Assembly (NCBI GenBank): GCA_030059665.1
Contig: JANVYR010000001.1
Span: 128,001-192,000, forward strand
Length of the DNA: 64,000 nucleotides
Direction: 5' to 3'
DNA from: Candidatus Calditenuis fumarioli
GTDB taxonomy: Archaea > Thermoproteota > Nitrososphaeria_A > Caldarchaeales > Calditenuaceae
Shown here: piece after piece, positions 27,531 through 35,367 of the stretch
Numbering within the stretch: the first letter of the stretch is position 1
Layout of the letters: each line of letters starts with the position of its first letter
Notes under the pieces: generated by a model
Databases searched by the model: none
What the model was told of the DNA's origin: nothing
What the model saw: the letters and a program-made list of their open reading frames with translations, nothing else
Made by a program: the position numbers and the translations under genes

Positions 27531-28756
27531 CCGGGAGGCGCCTGAGGAGCAGGGACATCACCGCGATCGACCTGAACTCGGAGTACCTTGGGGTTCCTCG
27601 CCGGATCCTGATGGAGAACGCGGGCGCCGAGGTGGCGAGGGCCGTGGCTGAGAACGTGGATGACCTCGGCTCCAAGCGCGTGGTCGTGCTCGCGGGGTCT
27701 GGCAACAACGGGGGCGACGCGCTGGTAGCTGCCAGGCACCTCGCGTCGTTGGCTAAAGAGGTGCACGTGCTCCTCATCTCGAGGACCGGTGAGCCGAGGA
27801 CGGAGGAGGCCAGGGACGCGTGGGAGGCCGTCAGGAGGATGGCGTTTACCGTCAGGTGCCACGTCCTCACGGGCGATGAGGTGCCCACCGAGCTGAGGGA
27901 GCTGATCTCCTCCGCGGACGTCATCATCGACGGGGTCTTCGGTACCGGTATCAGGGGCGATATCGGAAGGCCGTACTCGGAGGTCTTCGCGCTGGTCAAC
28001 TCCTCCAGGGCCACCGTCTTCGCCGTCGACGTCCCTTCGGGCGTAAACCCGGATACCGGAGAATACAGCAAACGGGTGAGGGCGGACTTCACCGTCTGCC
28101 TCCACGCGGCGAAACCCTTCGTCGACCTCGTGGACGCCGGGAGGGTTCTGGTCAGGCCGATAGGCGCGCCGCCGGAGGCGGAGCTCATCGCGGGCCCCGG
28201 CGATGCTGAGGTCGCCCTCTCTGGACTCAGGCGTGACGTGACCGTGCGGATGACGTACGACGGCTCCGAGCTGGCCCTGGGCGCGCGGCTCCTCCTCGAG
28301 CGCTTGGTTGCAGACCTAAGGGTTGTCGGGGGAGAAGGCTTCTCGGTGGACGCGGAAGGTGGGGCCCAGTTCTCGACCGTGCGTGGGAGAGGCGTGCTGC
28401 TAATCACCTCAGGTGCCCACCGCGATCCAGGCGAGGCGCTCAGCAGCGTGAGGGCGCGCTCCGAGTCGGCCGGATGTCCTGTGTGGGCCCTCGGAGGCTT
28501 CGACCCCTTCGCATCGAAGGATCACCTCAAGGCCAACTGGCTCGAGCCCGAGCACGTCACAGAGCCGACGAGGGGGGCCATGGTGGCGCTCGCGGCGCTG
28601 CTCTCGGCATCGGTCGAGCTGCACTACGCTGTTGGAGCCTCGATCTACCTGACCCGCAGGGTCCTGAGGGAGACGGCCAACCCGCCGTCGGACGTCGGAG
28701 CGTACCTGAACGCTCTGTGCGACCGGATCGAGTCGTCCAGTCGTCAGAACAGGTAG
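27527..28756 (+). CDS. nnrE: NAD(P)HX epimerase NnrE fused to a degenerate NnrD-like domain
   Basis: LMENAG, GSGNNGGDA, IIDGVFGTG, AVDVPSG intact; C-terminal half short and lacking recognisable NnrD catalytic motifs. Confidence 0.85.
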   Translation: MTGRRLRSRDITAIDLNSEYLGVPRRILMENAGAEVARAVAENVDDLGSKRVVVLAGSGNNGGDALVAARHLASLAKEVHVLLISRTGEPRTEEARDAWEAVRRMAFTVRCHVLTGDEVPTELRELISSADVIIDGVFGTGIRGDIGRPYSEVFALVNSSRATVFAVDVPSGVNPDTGEYSKRVRADFTVCLHAAKPFVDLVDAGRVLVRPIGAPPEAELIAGPGDAEVALSGLRRDVTVRMTYDGSELALGARLLLERLVADLRVVGGEGFSVDAEGGAQFSTVRGRGVLLITSGAHRDPGEALSSVRARSESAGCPVWALGGFDPFASKDHLKANWLEPEHVTEPTRGAMVALAALLSASVELHYAVGASIYLTRRVLRETANPPSDVGAYLNALCDRIESSSRQNR

Positions 28757-29640
28757 GTTCGGAGGACGAGCAGGACCAGCGAGAGGCCGAGCGGGATCGA
28801 GAGGCCCGGGACCTGATCCCACCTGCGCAGCATCGCGAGCGTTGCGTAGTAGCCGGCGATCACGACGGCGTTGACCGCGACGGCCGTGGTCAGGCCCGCG
28901 ATCCTGAACGACACCGATATGGCCATCGCGTAGAAGATCAGGTCCCCGAGGCCCACGCTGGCGTCGCGCATCTCCACCACCATCCCCCTGATGGTCCTGT
29001 ATCCCTCCGAGGGCAGCGCCCTCATCGCCGAGAGGTAGCCCCTCCATACCATGAGGAGATCGAAGAGGGCCGCGGCTCCCATCAGGACCAGAGAGGTGAA
29101 GGGAGGGACGACCGAGGCGATCACGAGCCCTCCCAGCGCGCCGGTAATGGAGCCAGAGACGGCCGCGGCCAGCCCCGTTCTCCTACGGATGAGGTACGTG
29201 CAGAGGGCACCGAGCCCGTAGGAGAGGAGCAGCGTGAGGGAGACGCTCCCGGCGATCACGTGCCCCGATGAGAGGAGCAGGTAGGACATGGACGAACCTG
29301 TGACCAGCAGGTAGAGGGCGGCCGAGAGGAGGGAGGCGAGTGACGGCCTTTTCTTGAGGAGGAGCACGAAGAGCGTTCCCGAGACGCCCACGGCTGCGAG
29401 AAGGACCGTTGCGTTCAGGTACGGCGCGGAGGAGACCTCTGGTGCGCTCGGGGGCTCCTCGAAGGTCACAACCGGCGGCAACGTCTTGATCGGCGGAGGC
29501 GATGGCACGAGTGTGGCTATCGCGGCCCACGTCATGACCGAGAGGATGACCGGAAGGATCAGCGGTGCCGGGTCCGGACGGGAGCCGTCCTTCTTCACCG
29601 GGGAAGATCCGCAATCCGATCCCTGAGGACCATCTGACAT
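28744..29640 (-). CDS. Presenilin/signal-peptide-peptidase-like GxGD intramembrane aspartyl protease
   Basis: About 8-9 TM, ALFDLLMV and GLGDLIFY aspartates, C-terminal VPGL (PAL-like). Confidence 0.82.
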   Translation of the reverse strand: MSDGPQGSDCGSSPVKKDGSRPDPAPLILPVILSVMTWAAIATLVPSPPPIKTLPPVVTFEEPPSAPEVSSAPYLNATVLLAAVGVSGTLFVLLLKKRPSLASLLSAALYLLVTGSSMSYLLLSSGHVIAGSVSLTLLLSYGLGALCTYLIRRRTGLAAAVSGSITGALGGLVIASVVPPFTSLVLMGAAALFDLLMVWRGYLSAMRALPSEGYRTIRGMVVEMRDASVGLGDLIFYAMAISVSFRIAGLTTAVAVNAVVIAGYYATLAMLRRWDQVPGLSIPLGLSLVLLVLRTYLF

Positions 29641-29644
29641 CTTC

Positions 29645-30073
29645 TCACATCGAGAGCAGCAGGACCGCGACGGCCGAGAGCGCTATGCCCAGCGCCTTGG
29701 TCAGCGTGACCGGTTCGCCGAGGAGGAGGATGCTGAGGATCGATGCGAGCGAGAGCCCCAGCCGTGAGATCGGGATCACCACGCTCCCCTGGCCGTGCTG
29801 GAGGCCGTGCAGCAGTGCCAAAAGGCCGACGCCTATCGTGATGGCGGAGATCGGCGCGTACATCGCTGCAGCCCTGTTGGGCATGAAACCCGGGCCGGTC
29901 GTGAGCAGGGCGAAGGCTCCGACGAAGCCGAGCAGGATCAGCGTCTCGAGCAGGAGGTATTGCGCCGGCTGGGCTCCCTCGATGGACCCCTTCTTCCTGA
30001 TGAAGTCGGTGAGGCCTATCCCCACGAACGCCACGAGCGCGAACATCAGGTCCGGTCTCAGACCCTGCTCCAA
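29645..30073 (-). CDS. Single-EamA DMT-family membrane protein
   Basis: 4-5 TM, GQGSVVIPISRL..ILSILLLGEPVT..KALGI; start TTG 30073 or ATG 30046. Confidence 0.82.
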   Translation of the reverse strand: MEQGLRPDLMFALVAFVGIGLTDFIRKKGSIEGAQPAQYLLLETLILLGFVGAFALLTTGPGFMPNRAAAMYAPISAITIGVGLLALLHGLQHGQGSVVIPISRLGLSLASILSILLLGEPVTLTKALGIALSAVAVLLLSM

Positions 30074-30170
30074 ACCCAACCGGCGTGAAGCAGGGCGGTT
30101 AATCTCCGTTATGCGGTAAACCGCGGGCGGCCCTGCAAAGGATTTCTCTGAGCGTGTAGCAGCTCCCCCG

Positions 30171-30593
30171 ATGCCCCGGTCCCTCTCGCCGGAGCTGCTG
30201 ATCGCCGTGGTGGCAGGAGCTGCCATGGTCGTGATCGGGCTGGCGCTCGTCGTGGCGGTCTTCCTGATACCTGCACAGGTATCCACTACCGAGGCCCGTG
30301 TGAGGGTTACTGCGGCCTACTGGAGCCCGGAGCGGAAGAGCGTGGTCGTCCTCCTCCGGAACGAGGGCGGGGCGCCGACCTACGTGACGAGGGTGCTCGT
30401 GGACGGTGTGACCTGCAACGCTCCGGGAACTCCGTCGCCCTCAAGCCCCCTGCACCTGGGCGTGGGCGAGGAGGCGAGGATCGAGGTGCCAGCTGGCCAC
30501 TGCGGGATCGTCACGGGCCTTGCGAAGAGCTACGCGATCGAGCTAGAGATCTCGGGAGGGCCCAGGGTTCAGGTATCCGTCACGGTCTACTGA
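30171..30593 (+). CDS. Putative archaeal type IV pilin-like protein
   Basis: Class III-like signal MPRS|[10 protein letters not shown], hydrophobic helix, then [18 protein letters not shown] Ig-like strand pattern; two Cys. Confidence 0.6.
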   Translation: MPRSLSPELLIAVVAGAAMVVIGLALVVAVFLIPAQVSTTEARVRVTAAYWSPERKSVVVLLRNEGGAPTYVTRVLVDGVTCNAPGTPSPSSPLHLGVGEEARIEVPAGHCGIVTGLAKSYAIELEISGGPRVQVSVTVY

Positions 30594-30705
30594 GCGGCTA
30601 CAGGACGACGATTGCTGTTCACGCGGCTCCCAACGTGCCGGAAAGACCCGGGGACCGTTTCCCCTCAGATCATGCTTAAATGAGGCGGGCAAGCCTTCTC
30701 CGTGG

Positions 30706-31101
30706 ATGGTCCGGGAGTTCACGTACCGCGGCTACACGCTGGAGCAGCTGCAGCAGATGAGCATGGACGAGTTCATCAAGCTGCTGCCGAGCAGGCAGAG
30801 GCGGAGCCTGAGAAGGGGTCTGACGGAGGCCCAGAAGGCGCTCCTCGCGAAGGTGAGGAAGTACCGGAGGCTCGGGATCAACAAGGCGATCAGGACCCAC
30901 GCGCGGGACATGGTGATACTTCCGGAGATGGTGGGTATGACGATTGCAGTCCACAACGGCAAGGAGTTCGTCCCGGTGGAGATCGTGCCGGAGATGATCG
31001 GTCACCGTCTCGGCGAGTTCGCCATAACCAACAAGCGCGTCGTCCACGGAAGGCCCGGCGTGGGCGCGACGAAGAGCAGCATGTATGTACCGTTGAAGTG
31101 A
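30706..31101 (+). CDS. rps19: 30S ribosomal protein uS19
   Basis: [40 protein letters not shown]. Confidence 0.98.
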   Translation: MVREFTYRGYTLEQLQQMSMDEFIKLLPSRQRRSLRRGLTEAQKALLAKVRKYRRLGINKAIRTHARDMVILPEMVGMTIAVHNGKEFVPVEIVPEMIGHRLGEFAITNKRVVHGRPGVGATKSSMYVPLK

Positions 31102-31171
31102 CGGAAGGACCGTCATTTCAGCTGAGGGATTTCTACAGAGTTTTGTCGTCACCGTCAGGTTTAACCCTCCA

Positions 31172-31224
31172 CCTCGATGTGCCTTGCGGCCTGATTCCCC
31201 CAGCTCGATGCTCTTCTCCCCTGA
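31172..31224 (+). ncRNA. Candidate C/D-box guide sRNA (sR-B)
   Basis: C TCGATGT (31174-80), guide GCCTTGCGGC, D' CTGA (31191-94), C' TCGATGC (31205-11), guide CTCTTCTCCC, D CTGA (31221-24). The first guide is the exact complement of the conserved 16S GCCGCAAGGC. Confidence 0.72.
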
Positions 31225-31421
31225 CGCTCATTTGTCTCAGGTTAACGCTGCGTTCATCCCAACTTAACGCAAGCCGGAAACGGACCGCTCGTCCGCCGGA
31301 ATCTCGCAGAGGGAGTTGAAAGATCAACCGCGAAGCCGAGGGCTGGACTGCAATGGCAGGGGTACGGTTCTCCGCACACCGAATCGAGGTCAGACAGGAA
31401 GAGGCGTAAAGAGCGGTGCGT

Positions 31422-31868
31422 TCACTTGGCCTCCTTCTCCACGATCTTCCGGAGGTTCTCGATGATCTGGGTCACTTTGTCCTTGGTGACGCTCTCGATC
31501 AGCCGGCCGCCGACGCTCGCCACGAGACCTCCGACCGTCAGGTCAGCTGACCAGTCGACCTTCGACCCGGAAGGAGAGGGGGACACCCTAGCGTCGATAC
31601 GGACGTTGACGGTGGACTGGAGGCCGCTTCCCTTGCCGACGACGGAGAGGAAGCTGGGGGGCTCGACCTTCTCGTAGTTGAAGTCCACCTTCATCGTTCC
31701 CCGAATGGGGCCAAGCGAGATCGTGAACTCGACGTTGAAGTTGTCCTTGTCCTTCACGGTCACCTTCTTCACGTCCGGTATCGCCTTGCTGAACTTGTTC
31801 GGGTCCGTTGCCACCTTGAAGAAGACCTCCGGAGGGGCCTTGAGATCGAACGAGCCCTCGAACTTCAC
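31422..31868 (-). CDS. coxG: CoxG / SRPBCC family protein
   Basis: MKFEGSF, IPDVK, LGPIRG, VGGLVASVGGRLI. Confidence 0.88.
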   Translation of the reverse strand: MKFEGSFDLKAPPEVFFKVATDPNKFSKAIPDVKKVTVKDKDNFNVEFTISLGPIRGTMKVDFNYEKVEPPSFLSVVGKGSGLQSTVNVRIDARVSPSPSGSKVDWSADLTVGGLVASVGGRLIESVTKDKVTQIIENLRKIVEKEAK

Positions 31869-32048
31869 GCCACCCGACCATTATGCGTCAATTTATACCG
31901 GATCGCGGCAGTTGGGTTCAGTGGCGGTCGAGGTTCCGCATCCGTCCAGCGCCTCGGAGAGCACCGGACCAACGGTTGGCCTGCGGCAGCTTAACGATGG
32001 AGACGGGAGCACCGAGATCATATACAGCTGACTCTGTCGTTGAGGTGG

Positions 32049-32903
32049 ATGCCGGACGCGAAGGTGCCCATCAAGGAGCTCGAGATCGATCCCGGACCGG
32101 TGGTCGAGTACCTCACCAGGAGGCTCCGGCAGTACGTCGCCGAATTCGCGGGTAAGAAAGGCGGCGTTTTGGGGCTGAGCGGCGGCATCGACTCGACGGT
32201 CACCGCGTACATAGCCGTCAGGGCCCTGGGCCCCGAGAACGTGACGTGCATGATCATGCCCTCAGCGGTCACGCCGAAGGAGGACCTGGAGGACGCCTTC
32301 GAGGTCGTCGACAGGCTCGGCATCCCGGAGCGGAACGTCAAGCTCATCGACGTCGAGCCGATCGTCGGTTCCATCGTCACGGCACTCGGCGTAAGGGACC
32401 GCGTCGTGAAGGGGAACGTAACCGCGCGTGTCAGGATGGTCCTCCTCCACGCTGAGGCCGCCGTCAGGAACGCCCTCGTGATAGGCACCAGCGACAAGTC
32501 GGAGCTCACCATCGGCTACTTCACGAAGTACGGCGACGCTGGGGTCGACGTGATGCCGCTCGCTGACCTGTACAAGACGCAGGTGAGGCAGCTCGCGAGG
32601 TACCTGGGCGTTCCGGAGCGGGTGATCGCGAAGCCCCCTTCGCCCAGGCTCTGGGAGGACCAGACGGCAGAGGGCGAGCTCGGCATCAGCTACGACCTCC
32701 TCGACAGCATCCTCTACCTCAGGTTCGACAGGTGGATGGACGTCGATAGGGTGGCAGAGCAGCTCGGCATAGATAGGGAGACGGTCATGAGGGTTGAGCG
32801 GATGGTGAGGTCCTCGCAGCACAAGAGGACGCTTCCGGAGGTCTTCAGGGTAAGCATGAGGGCCCACGGATCAGACTGGAGGTATCCGAGGGAGTGGAGG
32901 TGA
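32049..32903 (+). CDS. nadE: NH3-dependent NAD+ synthetase
   Basis: LGLSGGIDS, GNVTARVRM, GYFTKYGD, KPPSPRLW..QTAE.ELG. Confidence 0.96.
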   Translation: MPDAKVPIKELEIDPGPVVEYLTRRLRQYVAEFAGKKGGVLGLSGGIDSTVTAYIAVRALGPENVTCMIMPSAVTPKEDLEDAFEVVDRLGIPERNVKLIDVEPIVGSIVTALGVRDRVVKGNVTARVRMVLLHAEAAVRNALVIGTSDKSELTIGYFTKYGDAGVDVMPLADLYKTQVRQLARYLGVPERVIAKPPSPRLWEDQTAEGELGISYDLLDSILYLRFDRWMDVDRVAEQLGIDRETVMRVERMVRSSQHKRTLPEVFRVSMRAHGSDWRYPREWR

Positions 32904-32906
32904 GCA

Positions 32907-34130
32907 TCAGTAGATCGGCCCCACAACCCTCAGTTTCCTTGCCCTCCTCCTGACCAGGACCACCGAAAGGACCGCGATGGCCGCTGCTGCCGAGGCCAGT
33001 CCAGCGATGAGGAGGTGGAACTGCAGCGACGAGAGCGGAGCACCACCAATCTCGATGTAGACGGGAAGCACGACCCTCATCGGCTCACCGGACAGCGCCT
33101 GCGGTGTCAACCGGATCGTCTGGGTCAACCCCTTGTACTCCACCCGGAGGAAGTGCTCGACCGGGATCACGTTCTCGAGGACGGCGCGGCCTCCGGCATC
33201 GGTGAAGGCCGTTCCCACCTCGTTGCCCTCCCTCAGCAGCGAGACCCTCGCTCCCTGAAGGCCCTGTCCGCTCTCGCCGAGGACCAGCACGGTCAGCGTC
33301 CTTAGGTCTGCGGTGACGGTGAACGTGTAGCTCGTCGACGACGCGGTCAACGACCCTCGGTACAGCACGTACCCCATGTAGGTGACCTCCAGGTCGTACC
33401 TCACGGGCTCGCCCTTGTACTCCAGCGGGGCCCTCATGAGAACCGCCTTGCCGTCCTCCGCGGTGGTCAGGAGCTGGTTGGCGATCCTGACCTGGGCGCC
33501 TCCGATTCCCCTTCCTTGTTTGTCGATGACGGTCACCGTCAGGTCCCCTACGGGCAGCTTAACCACGCCCCTGCTCCTCAGCGACCACGCAGGCTCGGTC
33601 AGGTTCAGGCTCGCGCGCCTGACGTAGAGGGGGCTTTCCCACTCGACGTAGAGCGAGTACGCGATTGGCTCGAGCGCCCTCCGGATCACTATGGAGCTGC
33701 CGGTGACGGTGAGCTCGCTGTAGGCGTCCCTCGGCTCAGCGACGGCGTAGAGGCGACCCGAGAGCTCCCTGCCGCTCAGGTCCACGGCCCTCAGGACCAC
33801 GTCCACGAACGGTATCCCGATCTCGACCGCCACGTTCTCCCGGTTCACGGCCACAACCCGGGTCGCCACGAGGTAACCCCTGTAGTAGATCCGGACGGCG
33901 TAGGTGCCGCTGGTGACGCCGGACAGCGAGATCGTGGTCCTGCCCTCGAAGGTCCAGGTTCCGCCGGGCCCCTCGATCACCACCCTGATGTCGTACGGGT
34001 CGGGCGAGTTCGGCACCGTCACCTCGAGCTTGGGCCCCTCAGCGACGGCGATACGTGCAGTGTGCGCGGTGACTAAGAGCAACAACATCAGGAGCAGCGC
34101 GAGCGGCCCGATATCGACCCGTTCGGTCAA
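32907..34130 (-). CDS. Membrane-anchored surface protein with repeated carboxypeptidase-regulatory-like (Ig) domains
   Basis: N-terminal signal, repeats of TVTV.D..G..I.GA.V / TD..G.A.L, C-terminal TM plus RRRARK tail. Confidence 0.8.
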   Translation of the reverse strand: MTERVDIGPLALLLMLLLLVTAHTARIAVAEGPKLEVTVPNSPDPYDIRVVIEGPGGTWTFEGRTTISLSGVTSGTYAVRIYYRGYLVATRVVAVNRENVAVEIGIPFVDVVLRAVDLSGRELSGRLYAVAEPRDAYSELTVTGSSIVIRRALEPIAYSLYVEWESPLYVRRASLNLTEPAWSLRSRGVVKLPVGDLTVTVIDKQGRGIGGAQVRIANQLLTTAEDGKAVLMRAPLEYKGEPVRYDLEVTYMGYVLYRGSLTASSTSYTFTVTADLRTLTVLVLGESGQGLQGARVSLLREGNEVGTAFTDAGGRAVLENVIPVEHFLRVEYKGLTQTIRLTPQALSGEPMRVVLPVYIEIGGAPLSSLQFHLLIAGLASAAAAIAVLSVVLVRRRARKLRVVGPIY

Positions 34131-34141
34131 GGCCCTTCACC

Positions 34142-34954
34142 TCACAGGGTCATCCCTCTTCTCCCAGCGGCCCCGAGGAGCAGAAGCGCGGCCAGCAGCA
34201 GGAGGACCGTCAGCGACCCGGGAGGGAGGCCCACGAGGTAGGAGAGGGTGATGGCGGAGAAGGTCGAGAGTTCGGCGACGGCGACGGACGTGAGGATCGA
34301 CTTCCTCAGGGACGTGCAGACCGATGACGCGGCGACGACCGGGAGCACCAGAAGCGAGGTCACCATCAGGACGCCCATCAACTTCATCGACTCGATCACC
34401 GCGACCGCGACCACCACGGCGAATAGCGTCTCGAGCACTCCAGTCCTGACGCCCTTCAGGCGCGCCAGCTCCTCGTTCAGCGTGAAGAGTATCAGGTCGC
34501 CGAACCTCGTCACCACTATCCCGATGACGGCCGCGGTCACGACGAGCATGGCCATCAGGTCCTCGGGGCCCACGAGGAGGACGGAGCCGAAGAGCGCCGC
34601 CTGCAGGTTGACGCGGGAGCCGAGGCTTATCGAGGCCGAAGCGAGGGCCGCACCGGCCGTGAGGAAGACCGTGAGGGCCACGTCACCGCTCACGCCCATC
34701 CCCCTGATCAGCCTCAGCATGAGGACCGTCGCGAGGGCCGTTACGGGAACCGAGAGGGCGTCGGTGAACGCGAGGCCGATGAGGGACGCGAAGGCGGCAG
34801 CTCCGAAGGCGATGTGGGCCGACGTGTCGCCGAGCAGCGACAGCCTCTTCGGGACCACGAAGCTCCCGACGGTGGGCAGGAGCGCCCCGACCAGAAGCGC
34901 TGCCAGGTAGGCCCTCTGCATGAACGGGAGCGTGAAGACCTCGGGTGGCACCAT
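34142..34954 (-). CDS. Zn/Mn ABC transporter permease (ZnuB family)
   Basis: FMQRAYLA, RLSLLGDTSAHIAFG, LFGSVL, MGVLMVTSLLVLP. Start moved to ATG 34954 because the longer ORF runs into tRNA-His. Confidence 0.9.
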   Translation of the reverse strand: MVPPEVFTLPFMQRAYLAALLVGALLPTVGSFVVPKRLSLLGDTSAHIAFGAAAFASLIGLAFTDALSVPVTALATVLMLRLIRGMGVSGDVALTVFLTAGAALASASISLGSRVNLQAALFGSVLLVGPEDLMAMLVVTAAVIGIVVTRFGDLILFTLNEELARLKGVRTGVLETLFAVVVAVAVIESMKLMGVLMVTSLLVLPVVAASSVCTSLRKSILTSVAVAELSTFSAITLSYLVGLPPGSLTVLLLLAALLLLGAAGRRGMTL

Positions 34955-35010
34955 CCGGACCTGATCCCGTGCAGACGTTAAAAAGTTGGAAGGTGGCTTG
35001 AGCGGCGGGC

Positions 35011-35103
35011 GGCCGCGGTGGTGTAGCGGTAGCACCCCGGGCTGTGGACCACAGCGGAACGGCGGACACCCGGTGGTCGTGGGTTCGATTCCCACCCGCG
35101 GCC
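35011..35103 (+). tRNA. tRNA-His(GUG) with a 20-nt intron at 37/38 (35048-35067)
   Basis: GCCGCGG/CCGCGGC acceptor, encoded G-1 opposite C73, anticodon arm CCGGG-CT GTG G|A-CCCGG, T-arm GTGGG TTCGATT CCCAC; TTAAAA TATA about 30 nt upstream. Confidence 0.95.
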
Positions 35104-35158
35104 TGTTCAAGGTTGGGTCCTTGAGGGATCTCGGACCGGGCGAACGGAAAATATTGAG

Positions 35159-35233
35159 TGCCCCGGCCGGGATTTGAACCCGGGTCCCCGGCTCGAAAGG
35201 CCGGTATACTTGACCTGGCTATACGACCGGGGC
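35159..35233 (-). tRNA. tRNA-Glu(UUC), intronless
   Basis: GCCCCGG/CCGGGGC acceptor, CCGGC CT TTC GA GCCGG anticodon arm, CCGGG TTCAAAT CCCGG T-arm. Confidence 0.96.
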
Positions 35234-35367
35234 CTCGGAACCCAGCGGTCGACCCGACATTTACCGTTGACGCCATCTACGTCCACGACAGCAGCTCAGG
35301 CCCCGCGATGCAGCCATCCGTGGAACCCAGCATAAATGATATCTATTGGACGCATCCTTTTCGCAAC

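Noticed and set aside
34955-35367. N-terminal extensions of the ZnuB ORF (to 35110) and the CoxL-like ORF (from 35158)
   Set aside because: They run through tRNA-His and tRNA-Glu; downstream starts give normal protein N-termini.
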